From: Patescibacteria group bacterium
Lineage (GTDB): Bacteria; Patescibacteriota; Patescibacteriia; UBA9570; JAHJKD01
Reading direction: 5' to 3'
DNA: 64,000 bases
Assembly: GCA_018822435.1 (NCBI GenBank)
Contig: JAHJKD010000003.1
Span: 1,208 to 65,207 of the forward strand
Notes under the pieces: generated by a model
Databases searched by the model: none
Told to the model about the DNA's origin: nothing
What the model saw: the letters and a program-made list of their open reading frames with translations, nothing else
Part shown: piece after piece, positions 54,164-63,788 of the stretch
Layout of the letters: every line of letters starts with the position of its first letter
Numbering within the stretch: position 1 is the first letter of the stretch
Position numbers and translations under genes: made by a program

Positions 54164-54230
54164 TCGAGCGAAGCGAGAAATTGTACCGAAGGGCGAATTA
54201 AAGTAATTATTAAAAATTAAATATAAAAAA

Positions 54231-55325
54231 ATGGGAGAATCTTCTAATAATAAGATTAAAGATTTCTTTTGGAAACTTAAAAAGAATCCGAAAGCGCAAG
54301 TAATTATATTAGTAATTTTTTTAGTTATAGTGGCAGCTGTGGCAGGACTACTGATTTTTTATCCTGGCAGCGCTAATCGCATTACTGAATTAGTTGGAAA
54401 TAGGAATTTAAATGGCACCGGTGATGTTCGATTAATTGATGGTGTTAAGACAAATCCTGGTATGGAGAATTTATTTCCTCAGACCATCGTGATTGAAAAT
54501 TTAGCCACAGTCAGGCCTCAGGCCGGACTGGGTGAGGCAAATTTGGTATATGAATTTTTAGCCGAAGGCGGCATTACCAGGTTTTTAGCTGTGTATGCTA
54601 GTGGCGATAATATTGAATTGATCGGCCCAGTTCGATCTGCCCGTCATTATATTGTTGATTTATCAGAAGAATATCATGGTTTATTTGCCCATATCGGCGG
54701 CAGTCCGCAAGCTTTAGGCGTATTAAACGTAAATGATTACCTGGTGGATCTGAATCAATTTGGTAACCCTGGTTATTATTGGCGGGATGTGAACATCGGA
54801 GCGCCCCATAATTTATTTACTTCTTCTGACCTGATGTTTTTCGCTCAGCGGGATAAAGTTGGTGAGGAAGCTCAAGGCGACTACACTCCCTGGAAATTCA
54901 AGAAAGAAACCAGTAAAGATGAAAGGCCGACTGAGGAAAAATCTGTAAAAATTAATTTTTCATCAGGCTCATATGAAGTGGAATGGAAATATAATCCTGA
55001 CACCAATATATATGCCCGTTTTAACGGTGGTCTTGAACACACTGATAAAAACACAGAAGAACAGTTAACTGCTAAAAATATTGTTGTGCAATATGCAGAA
55101 ACTTCTTTATTAGAAGAAGGAACTGGCCGGCTTGATATTAAAACTCAGGGCGAAGGCAATGCGGTCGTGTTTATGGACGGGGTTGGGACAGAAGGTACCT
55201 GGAAAAAAGATGAAAGAGGGGACAGGACATTATTTTATGATGCCAACGGAGACGAGATTGAATTTAATCCGGGTAAATCTTGGATAGAAATTGTACCAAC
55301 AGACAAGACAATCGAATACAACTAA
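54231..55325 (+). CDS. DUF3048 (YerB-like) domain lipoprotein or membrane-anchored protein
   Basis: N-terminal TM helix. Conserved block QAGLGEANLVYEFLAEGGITRFLAVY...GPVRSARHYIVD...HIGGSP. Confidence 0.55.
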   Translation: MGESSNNKIKDFFWKLKKNPKAQVIILVIFLVIVAAVAGLLIFYPGSANRITELVGNRNLNGTGDVRLIDGVKTNPGMENLFPQTIVIENLATVRPQAGLGEANLVYEFLAEGGITRFLAVYASGDNIELIGPVRSARHYIVDLSEEYHGLFAHIGGSPQALGVLNVNDYLVDLNQFGNPGYYWRDVNIGAPHNLFTSSDLMFFAQRDKVGEEAQGDYTPWKFKKETSKDERPTEEKSVKINFSSGSYEVEWKYNPDTNIYARFNGGLEHTDKNTEEQLTAKNIVVQYAETSLLEEGTGRLDIKTQGEGNAVVFMDGVGTEGTWKKDERGDRTLFYDANGDEIEFNPGKSWIEIVPTDKTIEYN

Positions 55326-55341
55326 TATAAAAATAAAAAAA

Positions 55342-56442
55342 ATGGGGGCTTGGGACAGAATTCGATATGATCGAAATGTGCAATTAGGCATTGTTATTAG
55401 TGCCCTAGTTGTAATTAGTTTGCTTATTTGGGGCGGTATCGGATATACCATGTGGAAAGATAATCAGGGACCCAGAGTACAGAAAAACTTTTTGCCTGAA
55501 GTCCAGAACGGGGAAGTTAAAACCAAGGGAGGCACTGAACCAAGAAAGTTAGATGGCATAATCGTATCAGTTGAAGACGCAAATAAATATCCTGTAGGTG
55601 TAATGATTGAAAATTTAGCCGGAGACGGAGTCAGGCCGCAATTCGGGTTAAGCCGGGCATTAGTTGTCTATGAAGTAATTGTAGAAGGCGGCATAACACG
55701 TTTTATGGCTCTTTTTGGCGGAGAAGAGTCCACCCAAATTGGACCGGTCCGATCAGCCCGTCCGACATTTCTGGAGTTTGCGTCTGAATATGATGTGGTT
55801 TATACCCATGCCGGCGGATCCCCTGAAGCCTTAGGAGCAATTGACGGGTTAAAAATAAAAGATATAAATGCTTTGACCGGCGGCAGTAAATATTTTTGGA
55901 GAGATACAGGCCGCTTTGCCCCGCATAATTTATTTACTTCTTCTGAATTATTAGAATATGCCCTGCGAGACAAAGGTTTGGAAAATAAGGAAGTCGATTT
56001 TGAATCCTGGGATTTTCGGGACGGGAGGCCAATTAAAGACAGGGCAGAAGGGGATAAATTTATTAAGTTATTCTTTTCATCACCGGGCTATGATGTAGAG
56101 TGGAAGTACAATCGAGAAAATAATAATTATGAACGGCTCAATGGCGGGGTATTGCAAAATGACGCCGTAAATGGGGAAACGATCACAGCAAAAAATATCG
56201 TTGTACAGATAGTGCCTCCGGAAATTCCAGCGGGAGAAAAAGGCAGAATTAATTTTATTGTAACAGGCCAAGGCAAGGCCATGATTTTCCATGAGGGCCA
56301 GGCTATAGAAGGCATCTGGAAGAAAAAAGATCGCTTGGCCAGAACAAAGTATTATGATGAAGAAGGAAAAGAAATTCAGTTGATTCGAGGAAATACTTGG
56401 GTGGAAATATTACCAGAAGACAAGATTTTAGAATATAACTAG
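55342..56442 (+). CDS. DUF3048 domain protein, tandem paralog
   Basis: Same conserved blocks (VVYEVIVEGGITRFMALF...GPVRSARPTFLEF...HAGGSP). The ORF track starts at 55291 and overlaps the upstream gene, so the Met at 55342 is preferred. Confidence 0.55.
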   Translation: MGAWDRIRYDRNVQLGIVISALVVISLLIWGGIGYTMWKDNQGPRVQKNFLPEVQNGEVKTKGGTEPRKLDGIIVSVEDANKYPVGVMIENLAGDGVRPQFGLSRALVVYEVIVEGGITRFMALFGGEESTQIGPVRSARPTFLEFASEYDVVYTHAGGSPEALGAIDGLKIKDINALTGGSKYFWRDTGRFAPHNLFTSSELLEYALRDKGLENKEVDFESWDFRDGRPIKDRAEGDKFIKLFFSSPGYDVEWKYNRENNNYERLNGGVLQNDAVNGETITAKNIVVQIVPPEIPAGEKGRINFIVTGQGKAMIFHEGQAIEGIWKKKDRLARTKYYDEEGKEIQLIRGNTWVEILPEDKILEYN

Positions 56443-56449
56443 ATGTCTC

Positions 56450-56935
56450 ATGAAAAAATATGGAGCCCTAATAGTCCTGGTTTTGTTGTGGATATTCATA
56501 CCTATTACTTATGTCGTATTTGCTCTTAGATATTCTTTCTTTACAGCGGAAACAGTTGAAATAATAACGACGCTAGAACCATATTTTCATTATTTGAATA
56601 TAGGATTAATAATTTTACTGGCAATATTAGCCATATTACTCCTATCGCTTGCCCTTTTAATAAAAAGAAATGTCGTTTCAGTTTGTCGCTGGCTAGGAAA
56701 TGCTTTTTTAATATCCGGCCTTGTTGGTAGCGTGGCTTTATTAATTCAAAGATTACTATTCAGCGATAATCTGGAAAGATTTCAGCAATATTCGGATTTA
56801 TTGACACAAATAACATTTGAAGTGATTAATTCGTTTCTGGATATATTATTCTGGCCTTTTATTATTACATTAGGGGCCGGATTAATTTTATTATCGATTG
56901 CGGCAATAATCACTGGTAAAAAGAAAAAGAAGTAA
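56450..56935 (+). CDS. Hypothetical integral membrane protein (4-5 TM)
   Basis: Hydrophobic helices throughout. No motif recognised. Confidence 0.35.
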   Translation: MKKYGALIVLVLLWIFIPITYVVFALRYSFFTAETVEIITTLEPYFHYLNIGLIILLAILAILLLSLALLIKRNVVSVCRWLGNAFLISGLVGSVALLIQRLLFSDNLERFQQYSDLLTQITFEVINSFLDILFWPFIITLGAGLILLSIAAIITGKKKKK

Positions 56936-56936
56936 T

Positions 56937-58091
56937 ATGAAAATAGACAAGTCATTTTGGAGCGGAGTCGCATTAATGATCGGAACAGCCATAGGAGCGG
57001 GTATCTTTGGTATTCCTTACGTGATTGCAAAAGTTGGATTTATTCCCGGTATTTTATATATTTTGGTTTTAGGGGCGGTAATTCTGTTAACAACTCTATG
57101 CTACGGGGAAGTTGTATTAAGGACAAAAGAAAAACATCAATTACCTGGATATGCGAATAAATATTTAGGCGTGTGGGGCAAACGGATTTCTTTAGTTGCG
57201 ATTGTATTCAGTATCTTTGGGGCAATGCTCGCTTATACGATTGAAATTGGCGTATTTTTAAATGCTTTGTTTAGTCCTGTGTTCGGGGGCAGTCCGAGAA
57301 TTTATAGTTTAATTTTTTATGCCCTGGCAGCCATGGCCATATATGTTGGTTTGAAAACAGTGGCAAATATTGAAAAAATCATGGTGGCTATATTGTTATT
57401 GATTATCGCCGGATTATTTATATTTGGAATTAGTGAAGTTAATTTAAGTAATTTTACTGAATTTAACGCGGCTCATCTGCTTCTGCCATATGGCGTGATA
57501 CTATTTGCCTTAGGTGCAGGCACAGCCGTACCAGACGCCCGATTTTTATTGGGCAAGAATCCAAAAAAACTTTTAAATGTTATTAGCATAGGCGTAATCG
57601 TACCGTTGATCGTTTATCTTATTTTCACTTTTTTAGTGGTTGGCATTACAGGTACAGAAACGACCGAATCAGCCATCATTGGGTTGGGATTGGCATTAGG
57701 ACCAATTATGCTATTAGTCGGGGCAATATTTGGCGTTTTATCCATGTCGACTTCTTTCTTGGCTCTGGGAAATGTATTAAAGGAAACTTTCATGTTTGAT
57801 TTTAAAGTGAAGAAATTACTGGCCTGGCTCATTGTGATGGTGGTTCCTTTGATTATATATTTATTTGATGTTTTATCTTTTATAGAAGCAATCGGATTTG
57901 CTGGTGGAGTTGTTGGCGGAGTAGAGGGGATTATTATGGTCTGGATGTTTCATCGGGCCAAGAAGAAGGGGGATCGAAAACCGGAATATGATCTTAAAAT
58001 TCCACAGCCGGTCTTATGGTTTATGTATGTGATCTTTTTTGGAGGCATCATTTATGTTCTTTGGGAGGGGTTAACCAAGTGGTTCGTATAA
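56937..58091 (+). CDS. Aromatic/hydroxy amino-acid permease (HAAAP/APC-superfamily) transporter
   Basis: Conserved N-terminal MIGTAIGAGIFGIPY (GTAIGAGM/FxLP signature of the HAAAP family). About 11 TM helices. Confidence 0.55.
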   Translation: MKIDKSFWSGVALMIGTAIGAGIFGIPYVIAKVGFIPGILYILVLGAVILLTTLCYGEVVLRTKEKHQLPGYANKYLGVWGKRISLVAIVFSIFGAMLAYTIEIGVFLNALFSPVFGGSPRIYSLIFYALAAMAIYVGLKTVANIEKIMVAILLLIIAGLFIFGISEVNLSNFTEFNAAHLLLPYGVILFALGAGTAVPDARFLLGKNPKKLLNVISIGVIVPLIVYLIFTFLVVGITGTETTESAIIGLGLALGPIMLLVGAIFGVLSMSTSFLALGNVLKETFMFDFKVKKLLAWLIVMVVPLIIYLFDVLSFIEAIGFAGGVVGGVEGIIMVWMFHRAKKKGDRKPEYDLKIPQPVLWFMYVIFFGGIIYVLWEGLTKWFV

Positions 58092-58092
58092 A

Positions 58093-59580
58093 ATGGCAAT
58101 ATCTGATTATTACAAATATAGGCTCTTAGAAATCATTCCCGGATTTTTGGTTTGGGGTACTTTAATTGGAATGGTTGTTTTTTCTTTTATTAAGCCGTTG
58201 TGGATGATAATTTTTATTATCATTTTTGATTTTTATTGGTTATCAAGAATTTTATATTTATTAGTATTTTTATTCATATCCTTTAGCCGTTATAAAAAAT
58301 CAATTAAAATTGATTGGCTGAAAAAATGTGAAGACGTGCCAGAGTGGAAAAATATGTATCATGCAATCTTTTTACCAACTTACAAAGAAGATTGGGATAT
58401 TGTAGATGGGACATTTGACAGCTTGATAAATTCTGATTATCCTTTGGATAAAATGATTGTTGTGTTTGCGGCGGAAGAAAGGGACAAAGAAGATGTTGAG
58501 AAAATAGCAGAGCAAGTTCGGGAAAAATATGAGAAATATTTCAATAAATTAATTGTTACTTTTCATCCAGATAATATTCCCGGCGAAGTAAAAGGCAAGG
58601 GCGCAAATATTCATTATGCGGGCAAGATAGTAAAAAATTATGTGGATGAGCAGAATATACCATATCAAAACGTAATTGTGTCTTCTTTTGATATTGATAC
58701 TTGCGTGCATCCGCAATATTTTTCATACCTGACATATCATTACCTCAAACATCCGAATCCGACACATGCAAGTTTTCAGCCAATTCCGCTATTTAATAAT
58801 AATATCTGGGATTCACCGGCATTCATGCGAATTGCCTCATTTGGTACCACTTTCTGGCTCATGACAGAGCAATTGAGGCCGGAAAGGCTATTTACCTTCT
58901 CATCACACAGTATGAGCTTTAAAGCCCTGGTAGACGTCGGTTTTTGGCAGAATGATATTGTAACTGAAGACTCCCGTATTTTTTTACAATGTTTTTTACA
59001 TTATAATGGGGATTACGAGGTATATCCTATGTATATTCCGGTTTCTATGGATACAGTCATGGGCAAGAGCTGGTGGTCTTCCTTGGAAAATTTATATAAA
59101 CAACAAAGACGCTGGGCATTTGGGGTGGAACACTTTCCCTATATGCTTTGGCATTTTAGGAAAAATAAAAAAATTCCCTGGGGCAAGAAATTTCGTTATG
59201 TCCTGAACCTGACAGAAGGATTTTATTCCTGGGCAACTGCGCCAATCATGATTTTCATACTAGGCCGATTGCCTTTAATGGTGGCTTCACCGGAAGTCAG
59301 CTCTTTAGTTGTCGTTCAGAATGCACCATATATTTTGCAATGGTTGATGACAGCGGCCATGATCGGTTTATTGGTTTCAGCCGTCCTGTCTTTTATGTTA
59401 TTACCACCGCCGCCGAAACGGACGCATAAAGGGAAATATTTTGTCATGGTTCTGCAATGGCTGCTATTCCCGATTTCTATGATTGTATTTGGTTCTGTGC
59501 CAGCCATCGACGCGCAAACGCGCATGATGACGGGAAAATATTTGGGCTTTCATGTTACTGAGAAAGCTCGGAAAAAGTAG
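58093..59580 (+). CDS. Membrane-embedded family-2 glycosyltransferase (processive, cellulose-synthase-like)
   Basis: Motifs D,D,D (DKMIV, SSFDIDT, TED) and QxxRW (YKQQRRWAFG). Flanking TM helices. Confidence 0.65.
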   Translation: MAISDYYKYRLLEIIPGFLVWGTLIGMVVFSFIKPLWMIIFIIIFDFYWLSRILYLLVFLFISFSRYKKSIKIDWLKKCEDVPEWKNMYHAIFLPTYKEDWDIVDGTFDSLINSDYPLDKMIVVFAAEERDKEDVEKIAEQVREKYEKYFNKLIVTFHPDNIPGEVKGKGANIHYAGKIVKNYVDEQNIPYQNVIVSSFDIDTCVHPQYFSYLTYHYLKHPNPTHASFQPIPLFNNNIWDSPAFMRIASFGTTFWLMTEQLRPERLFTFSSHSMSFKALVDVGFWQNDIVTEDSRIFLQCFLHYNGDYEVYPMYIPVSMDTVMGKSWWSSLENLYKQQRRWAFGVEHFPYMLWHFRKNKKIPWGKKFRYVLNLTEGFYSWATAPIMIFILGRLPLMVASPEVSSLVVVQNAPYILQWLMTAAMIGLLVSAVLSFMLLPPPPKRTHKGKYFVMVLQWLLFPISMIVFGSVPAIDAQTRMMTGKYLGFHVTEKARKK

Positions 59581-60415
59581 GGTGACCTTTTAAAAATTCT
59601 GCATAGGACATTGATTGTTTGCCTTCTGGTTGAATTTCAGCAATCACTAATTCCTCGCCCTTAAGATGGGCTTTTTTTATTTTATATCTTTTATCTTTCC
59701 ATTTGAAAAATATGCCCGGCCATGGGGTATAAGCTCGAAGTTTATTCATTATTTCAACTGGTTCGTCTTTTTTTATATCAATTTCACCATCTTCTCTTTT
59801 AATCATTTTGGAAAAAGTGGCCTTAGACCCATCCTGAGGTTGGGGTTTAATAGAATTTTTCAGATATAGTTTTATTGTTTTTACTAACAATTCTGCGCCT
59901 TCTTGTGCACAAATATTGCTCAAGGCCGGATAATCAGTATTTTGAGGTATTTTTATTATTTGCTGAGAGAGGATAGGACCGGAATCCATGCCTTTATCCA
60001 GCTCCATGATTGTAATTCCGGTTTCAGGGTATCCGTTTAATAAAGCGGACTGCATGGGTGAGGGGCCGCGCAGGTCAGGCAGCAGGGAAGGATGTAAGTT
60101 AATAAAACCGCATGTAGGAATGCCTAGGATTTCCTGGGGAATTATTTTTCCATAAGCAACTACGATTCCTAAATCTGGTTTTAAGTTTTTAATGAAGTCA
60201 GAAGAAAGTTTTTCGGGTTGATGAAGCTCAAGATTTTTTTCTTTAGCCAGCAGAGCTACTGGTGGAGGGGTAAGAATTTTTTTACGACCAACTGGCTTAT
60301 CTGGCTGGGTAATAACTGTAATTAAAAAATCCCCTTCATCAAGCAATGATTTCAAAGAAGGAATAGCGAAGTCGGGCGTACCGAAAAATAATATATTAGT
60401 CATTGATCCGATCAA
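59555..60415 (-). CDS. fmt: Methionyl-tRNA formyltransferase
   Basis: N-terminal formyltransferase domain (ILFFGTPDFAIPSL...HPSLLP, SLLPxxRG motif). Adjacent to def. Confidence 0.8.
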   Translation of the reverse strand: MIGSMTNILFFGTPDFAIPSLKSLLDEGDFLITVITQPDKPVGRKKILTPPPVALLAKEKNLELHQPEKLSSDFIKNLKPDLGIVVAYGKIIPQEILGIPTCGFINLHPSLLPDLRGPSPMQSALLNGYPETGITIMELDKGMDSGPILSQQIIKIPQNTDYPALSNICAQEGAELLVKTIKLYLKNSIKPQPQDGSKATFSKMIKREDGEIDIKKDEPVEIMNKLRAYTPWPGIFFKWKDKRYKIKKAHLKGEELVIAEIQPEGKQSMSYAEFLKGHPTFSELSQ

Positions 60416-60863
60416 TAAATAAAATGCCGTCTAAGTGGTCAACTTCATGCTGGATAACGCGGGCAAACAAACCTTTGGCTTTGAATTCTATTTTTTCTCC
60501 GTTTTCATTTAGGGCTTTGAATCTGATCTTATTAGGACGGGAAATATCAGCAAATTCACCAGGCAGAGACAGGCAGCCCTCTTCTGCCGTATTTATTTTT
60601 GTAGATAAAAAAGTAATTTTAGGATTAATTAAAATTAGATCTTCATTAGTGGGGGAGGCAGCCTTTCCAATTACGACAAAACGAAGATTTGTGCCAACTT
60701 GGGGAGCGGCCAGGCCGATGCCATCGTCTTCATACATGACTTTTTTCATGGCATCAAAAAAACCTTGATTATATTGGATAATCTGTTCACCTGAAATTTC
60801 ATCAGACTTTTTTCTTAGGATTGGGTTCTTTGCCCCGGTTTGAATTGATAAATTATTGTTCAT
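60396..60863 (-). CDS. def: Peptide deformylase (canonical copy)
   Basis: GIGLAAPQVG, EGCLSLPG and QHEVDHLDG. Translationally coupled to fmt. Confidence 0.85.
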   Translation of the reverse strand: MNNNLSIQTGAKNPILRKKSDEISGEQIIQYNQGFFDAMKKVMYEDDGIGLAAPQVGTNLRFVVIGKAASPTNEDLILINPKITFLSTKINTAEEGCLSLPGEFADISRPNKIRFKALNENGEKIEFKAKGLFARVIQHEVDHLDGILFIDRIND

Positions 60864-60886
60864 GACTAAATATACTAACAGATATT

Positions 60887-62494
60887 TTACAATCTGTCAA
60901 TAATGAAGTTGTCCGGATTTTTTATGTTTTTTAGTTCTTCAGGGTTTTTAATATATGATTCTTGCCTATTTTTTTTATTTATTATTTTAATTAAATTGCC
61001 GTAGGGAGGATATTTTAATTTTTTACGGATATCTTTTTCTTCTTCGTAAAAAGCTTTGAAATTTAAGTGAGCGGCCATATTAATGGCCGGATGCAGAGGG
61101 GAATGGGTCTGGATAACGGTTTTTTTATTTAAGTTGATTATTCTGACTAGTTTTTCAAATACTCGTGAAGAAGCATTGAATTCTGGTATGGCCAGCTCGT
61201 GGTCGACTGAAATTACGCCAATTAAATCAATATTTTTTATATCAATATAATTCAGGGCAAAGTCTGTTCCAATTATAATATCAGCATCGTAAATATTATC
61301 TGGGAGCTCGTCTTTAGTCAATTCAATAATATTTTTAGTAGGAAATACATTTTGAATTTCTGATAATAATTTTTTAATTCCATACACAGCTTGCTTTAAA
61401 TCAAGCGACTGGCATTTGGGGCAGGCGGTTAAATTTTCATCAAGTTTAATAATATGTCCGCATTTTCGGCATACGTATAATTTGAATTCACCTTTGCGGT
61501 TAAATAATAAAAAAGATTTTTTTGATTCTGATAATTCTTTTTTTAATGGATCACTGAAATAAGAGTAATTTCCGGATATTTTTTCATCTGACATATTAAT
61601 AACTTTTGCAATATCAATTTTCCGTAATAATTCAATTTTCTCCAAATCAAAATAATGTTCAATAAGCGGAGCCTGAGAGGTGTATAAAATTTTTATACGA
61701 GGGTTTAATTTAACAATTTCTTCGGCCACTTTTACAACATTGTACCTGGGATTCTGGTCATAGTTTTTATGCGATTTATTCTCTTCATCATCAATGACAA
61801 GCAGTTCAACATTTTCCGTAGGAAAGAAAATTCCTTTTTTTGTGCCAATAATAATTTTTCTTTTGCCAGATTTAAAATCAGCCCATTCATTATATATGGA
61901 ATTTTTAGAGAGCCCGGAATGTATATAGCCAATATCTAGGCCTGGTATCACGAGCATATCATTTAATTCCGGTACAATAATAAGGGCCTGGCCTTTTAGA
62001 TTTTTTAACAAACCTATTATAAAAGCATTTTTTTCATTTCTATTTGAATAAAAGAGAAGTTGTTCTTGTTTATTGATTTTTTTTATGGCTTGTTTAATAT
62101 CTGGAATTCTATTTTTTGAAATTGTTGTTCCAGAGGGAATGAGTTGGTTTTGTTTGACTTTATGTTTAGCTTTAGGAATATCAGGCAAGAGTGTTTTAAA
62201 AGCCAGGGTAGGGGAGATAAAATAATATTTTTCTAGCCAGTCAAGAAGCTTAGTTTGCTCTTGAGATAGTGATAAATCACCTAGTTTTTTTATAATTGGC
62301 TTAATATTTTTAAAAGCAGTTGTTTTTTTTAATTCATAAACAAGGCCTGTAATTTTTGTTTTACGGAATTCAACTTGCACTATATCTCCAGGAGTTATGG
62401 CAAGATCTTCAGGAATGGAATAGTCAAAAGCTTGGATAGAGCGAGGAGCCTTTATTTGTGGTATAATAGCTGCGTACATAAATATATTATACAT
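60887..62494 (-). CDS. priA: Primosomal protein N' (PriA)-like, reduced form that appears to lack the Walker A motif
   Basis: N-terminal 3'-DNA-binding domain (IIPQIKAPRSIQAFDYSIP) and Zn-binding CxxC...CxxC (CRKCGH...CPKC). No GxGKT/S P-loop was found where PriA has one. 535 aa. Confidence 0.55.
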   Translation of the reverse strand: MYNIFMYAAIIPQIKAPRSIQAFDYSIPEDLAITPGDIVQVEFRKTKITGLVYELKKTTAFKNIKPIIKKLGDLSLSQEQTKLLDWLEKYYFISPTLAFKTLLPDIPKAKHKVKQNQLIPSGTTISKNRIPDIKQAIKKINKQEQLLFYSNRNEKNAFIIGLLKNLKGQALIIVPELNDMLVIPGLDIGYIHSGLSKNSIYNEWADFKSGKRKIIIGTKKGIFFPTENVELLVIDDEENKSHKNYDQNPRYNVVKVAEEIVKLNPRIKILYTSQAPLIEHYFDLEKIELLRKIDIAKVINMSDEKISGNYSYFSDPLKKELSESKKSFLLFNRKGEFKLYVCRKCGHIIKLDENLTACPKCQSLDLKQAVYGIKKLLSEIQNVFPTKNIIELTKDELPDNIYDADIIIGTDFALNYIDIKNIDLIGVISVDHELAIPEFNASSRVFEKLVRIINLNKKTVIQTHSPLHPAINMAAHLNFKAFYEEEKDIRKKLKYPPYGNLIKIINKKNRQESYIKNPEELKNIKNPDNFIIDRL

Positions 62495-62499
62495 GATAT

Positions 62500-63207
62500 A
62501 TGGAAATTGAGGAGCTTATAAAAAAACATAATATTATTATTGAAAATCATGCGCTTGAGCTGTATGAAGAGGGTTTAAGACGCATGAAAAATAGTGAGGA
62601 TCCGCTTCATGCGGATGAACATGTTGGTGATATATTTGGAAATCTGGATGAATTCTTAAGGAAAGAAAAAAGTATTAGAAATAGCGAAATTAATTTTTCC
62701 GTACTGCTTCCCGCTATTGCGTGGCATGATACGTGGAAAGCGACCCGACCGCAAACAAAGAATTTGGTAAAATATCGATACGAACAAATATGGGACGGGA
62801 TCGGATCAGCCCGGGTGCTGACTGAATTTGTCCAGGACAAAAAAATTGACAAACAACTGACTGACAGGATAGTGCGAAGCGTATATTATCATACGCAAGT
62901 GCCAGACCAACTAAGAAGGAAATCTGAGGATTATTATGAAAATGATCTGGATCTGGAAACTAAGATCTTGCGTGATATGGATGGACTGGATATGTGGAGC
63001 ATGAAAAGGATACACTTAGCTGAAGCAGAGCATTGTGATGAAGAGGGCGTATTTCGTGACAGAAAAATGTTTTTTATTGCCCGGTGGGTTTATAATGCGA
63101 TGGATAAAAAGACCATGATTTTTCATTTTGACTGGCCGAAACAGGAATATCTTAAGCGAAAAAAAATCCTGCTGGATTACAGCCGGGATATTCTAGACGC
63201 GAATTAG
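62500..63207 (+). CDS. HD-domain phosphohydrolase-like protein
   Basis: H...HD motif (HADEHVGD ... IAWHDTWK). Confidence 0.45.
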   Translation: MEIEELIKKHNIIIENHALELYEEGLRRMKNSEDPLHADEHVGDIFGNLDEFLRKEKSIRNSEINFSVLLPAIAWHDTWKATRPQTKNLVKYRYEQIWDGIGSARVLTEFVQDKKIDKQLTDRIVRSVYYHTQVPDQLRRKSEDYYENDLDLETKILRDMDGLDMWSMKRIHLAEAEHCDEEGVFRDRKMFFIARWVYNAMDKKTMIFHFDWPKQEYLKRKKILLDYSRDILDAN

Positions 63208-63209
63208 AA

Positions 63210-63788
63210 CTACTGTTTTTTAAGTTTGTATTTATAGAATAAATTGACAGCTGCAAAAACGATTATGCCCCCCAAAAAGCAGAGCATAAGGTCGTTGGCT
63301 GTGTCCCGGCCGTCACCAAGCCGGTTAGAGCCGAAAATCAGGTCTTCAAAATATTCCTCCCATTCATACAGCACTCCGAACATGACACTGACGCAGAGAG
63401 TTAAAGTAGTTGTGCCCACCAAGCCCATCTTAAAGACTTTGGCTTTTTGCAATTCCCAGAAAACATAGAGAAGATTAGCCGCAATGGCAATGCCCGAAGC
63501 AAAGTGGAGGAATTGATCATACCAAGAAAAAGCGCTGTAGAAATGAAACATATCTGCCAGGGCGTCAAGATAGAGCAGGACTATTATTATAAGCAGCCCC
63601 CAGAGCGGAAGCTGTTTTTTTGTAATTTTACGGAACCAGGAGTTCAAGAGCTCTATTATGAGCCAGGTAACGCAAGAAGTTATGACTAAACCGAGCCAGG
63701 TAAACTCTAATTCAAAATTAAGAATTTTAAAGAAATTTAAAAGTTCAAATAATATTAAGATTGAAATTAGTATACGGAAAATAATCAT
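63210..63788 (-). CDS. Hypothetical polytopic membrane protein
   Basis: Several TM helices. Conserved C-terminal block YEWEEYFEDLIFGSNRLGDGRDTANDL, shared with the next ORF. Confidence 0.4.
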   Translation of the reverse strand: MIIFRILISILILFELLNFFKILNFELEFTWLGLVITSCVTWLIIELLNSWFRKITKKQLPLWGLLIIIVLLYLDALADMFHFYSAFSWYDQFLHFASGIAIAANLLYVFWELQKAKVFKMGLVGTTTLTLCVSVMFGVLYEWEEYFEDLIFGSNRLGDGRDTANDLMLCFLGGIIVFAAVNLFYKYKLKKQ

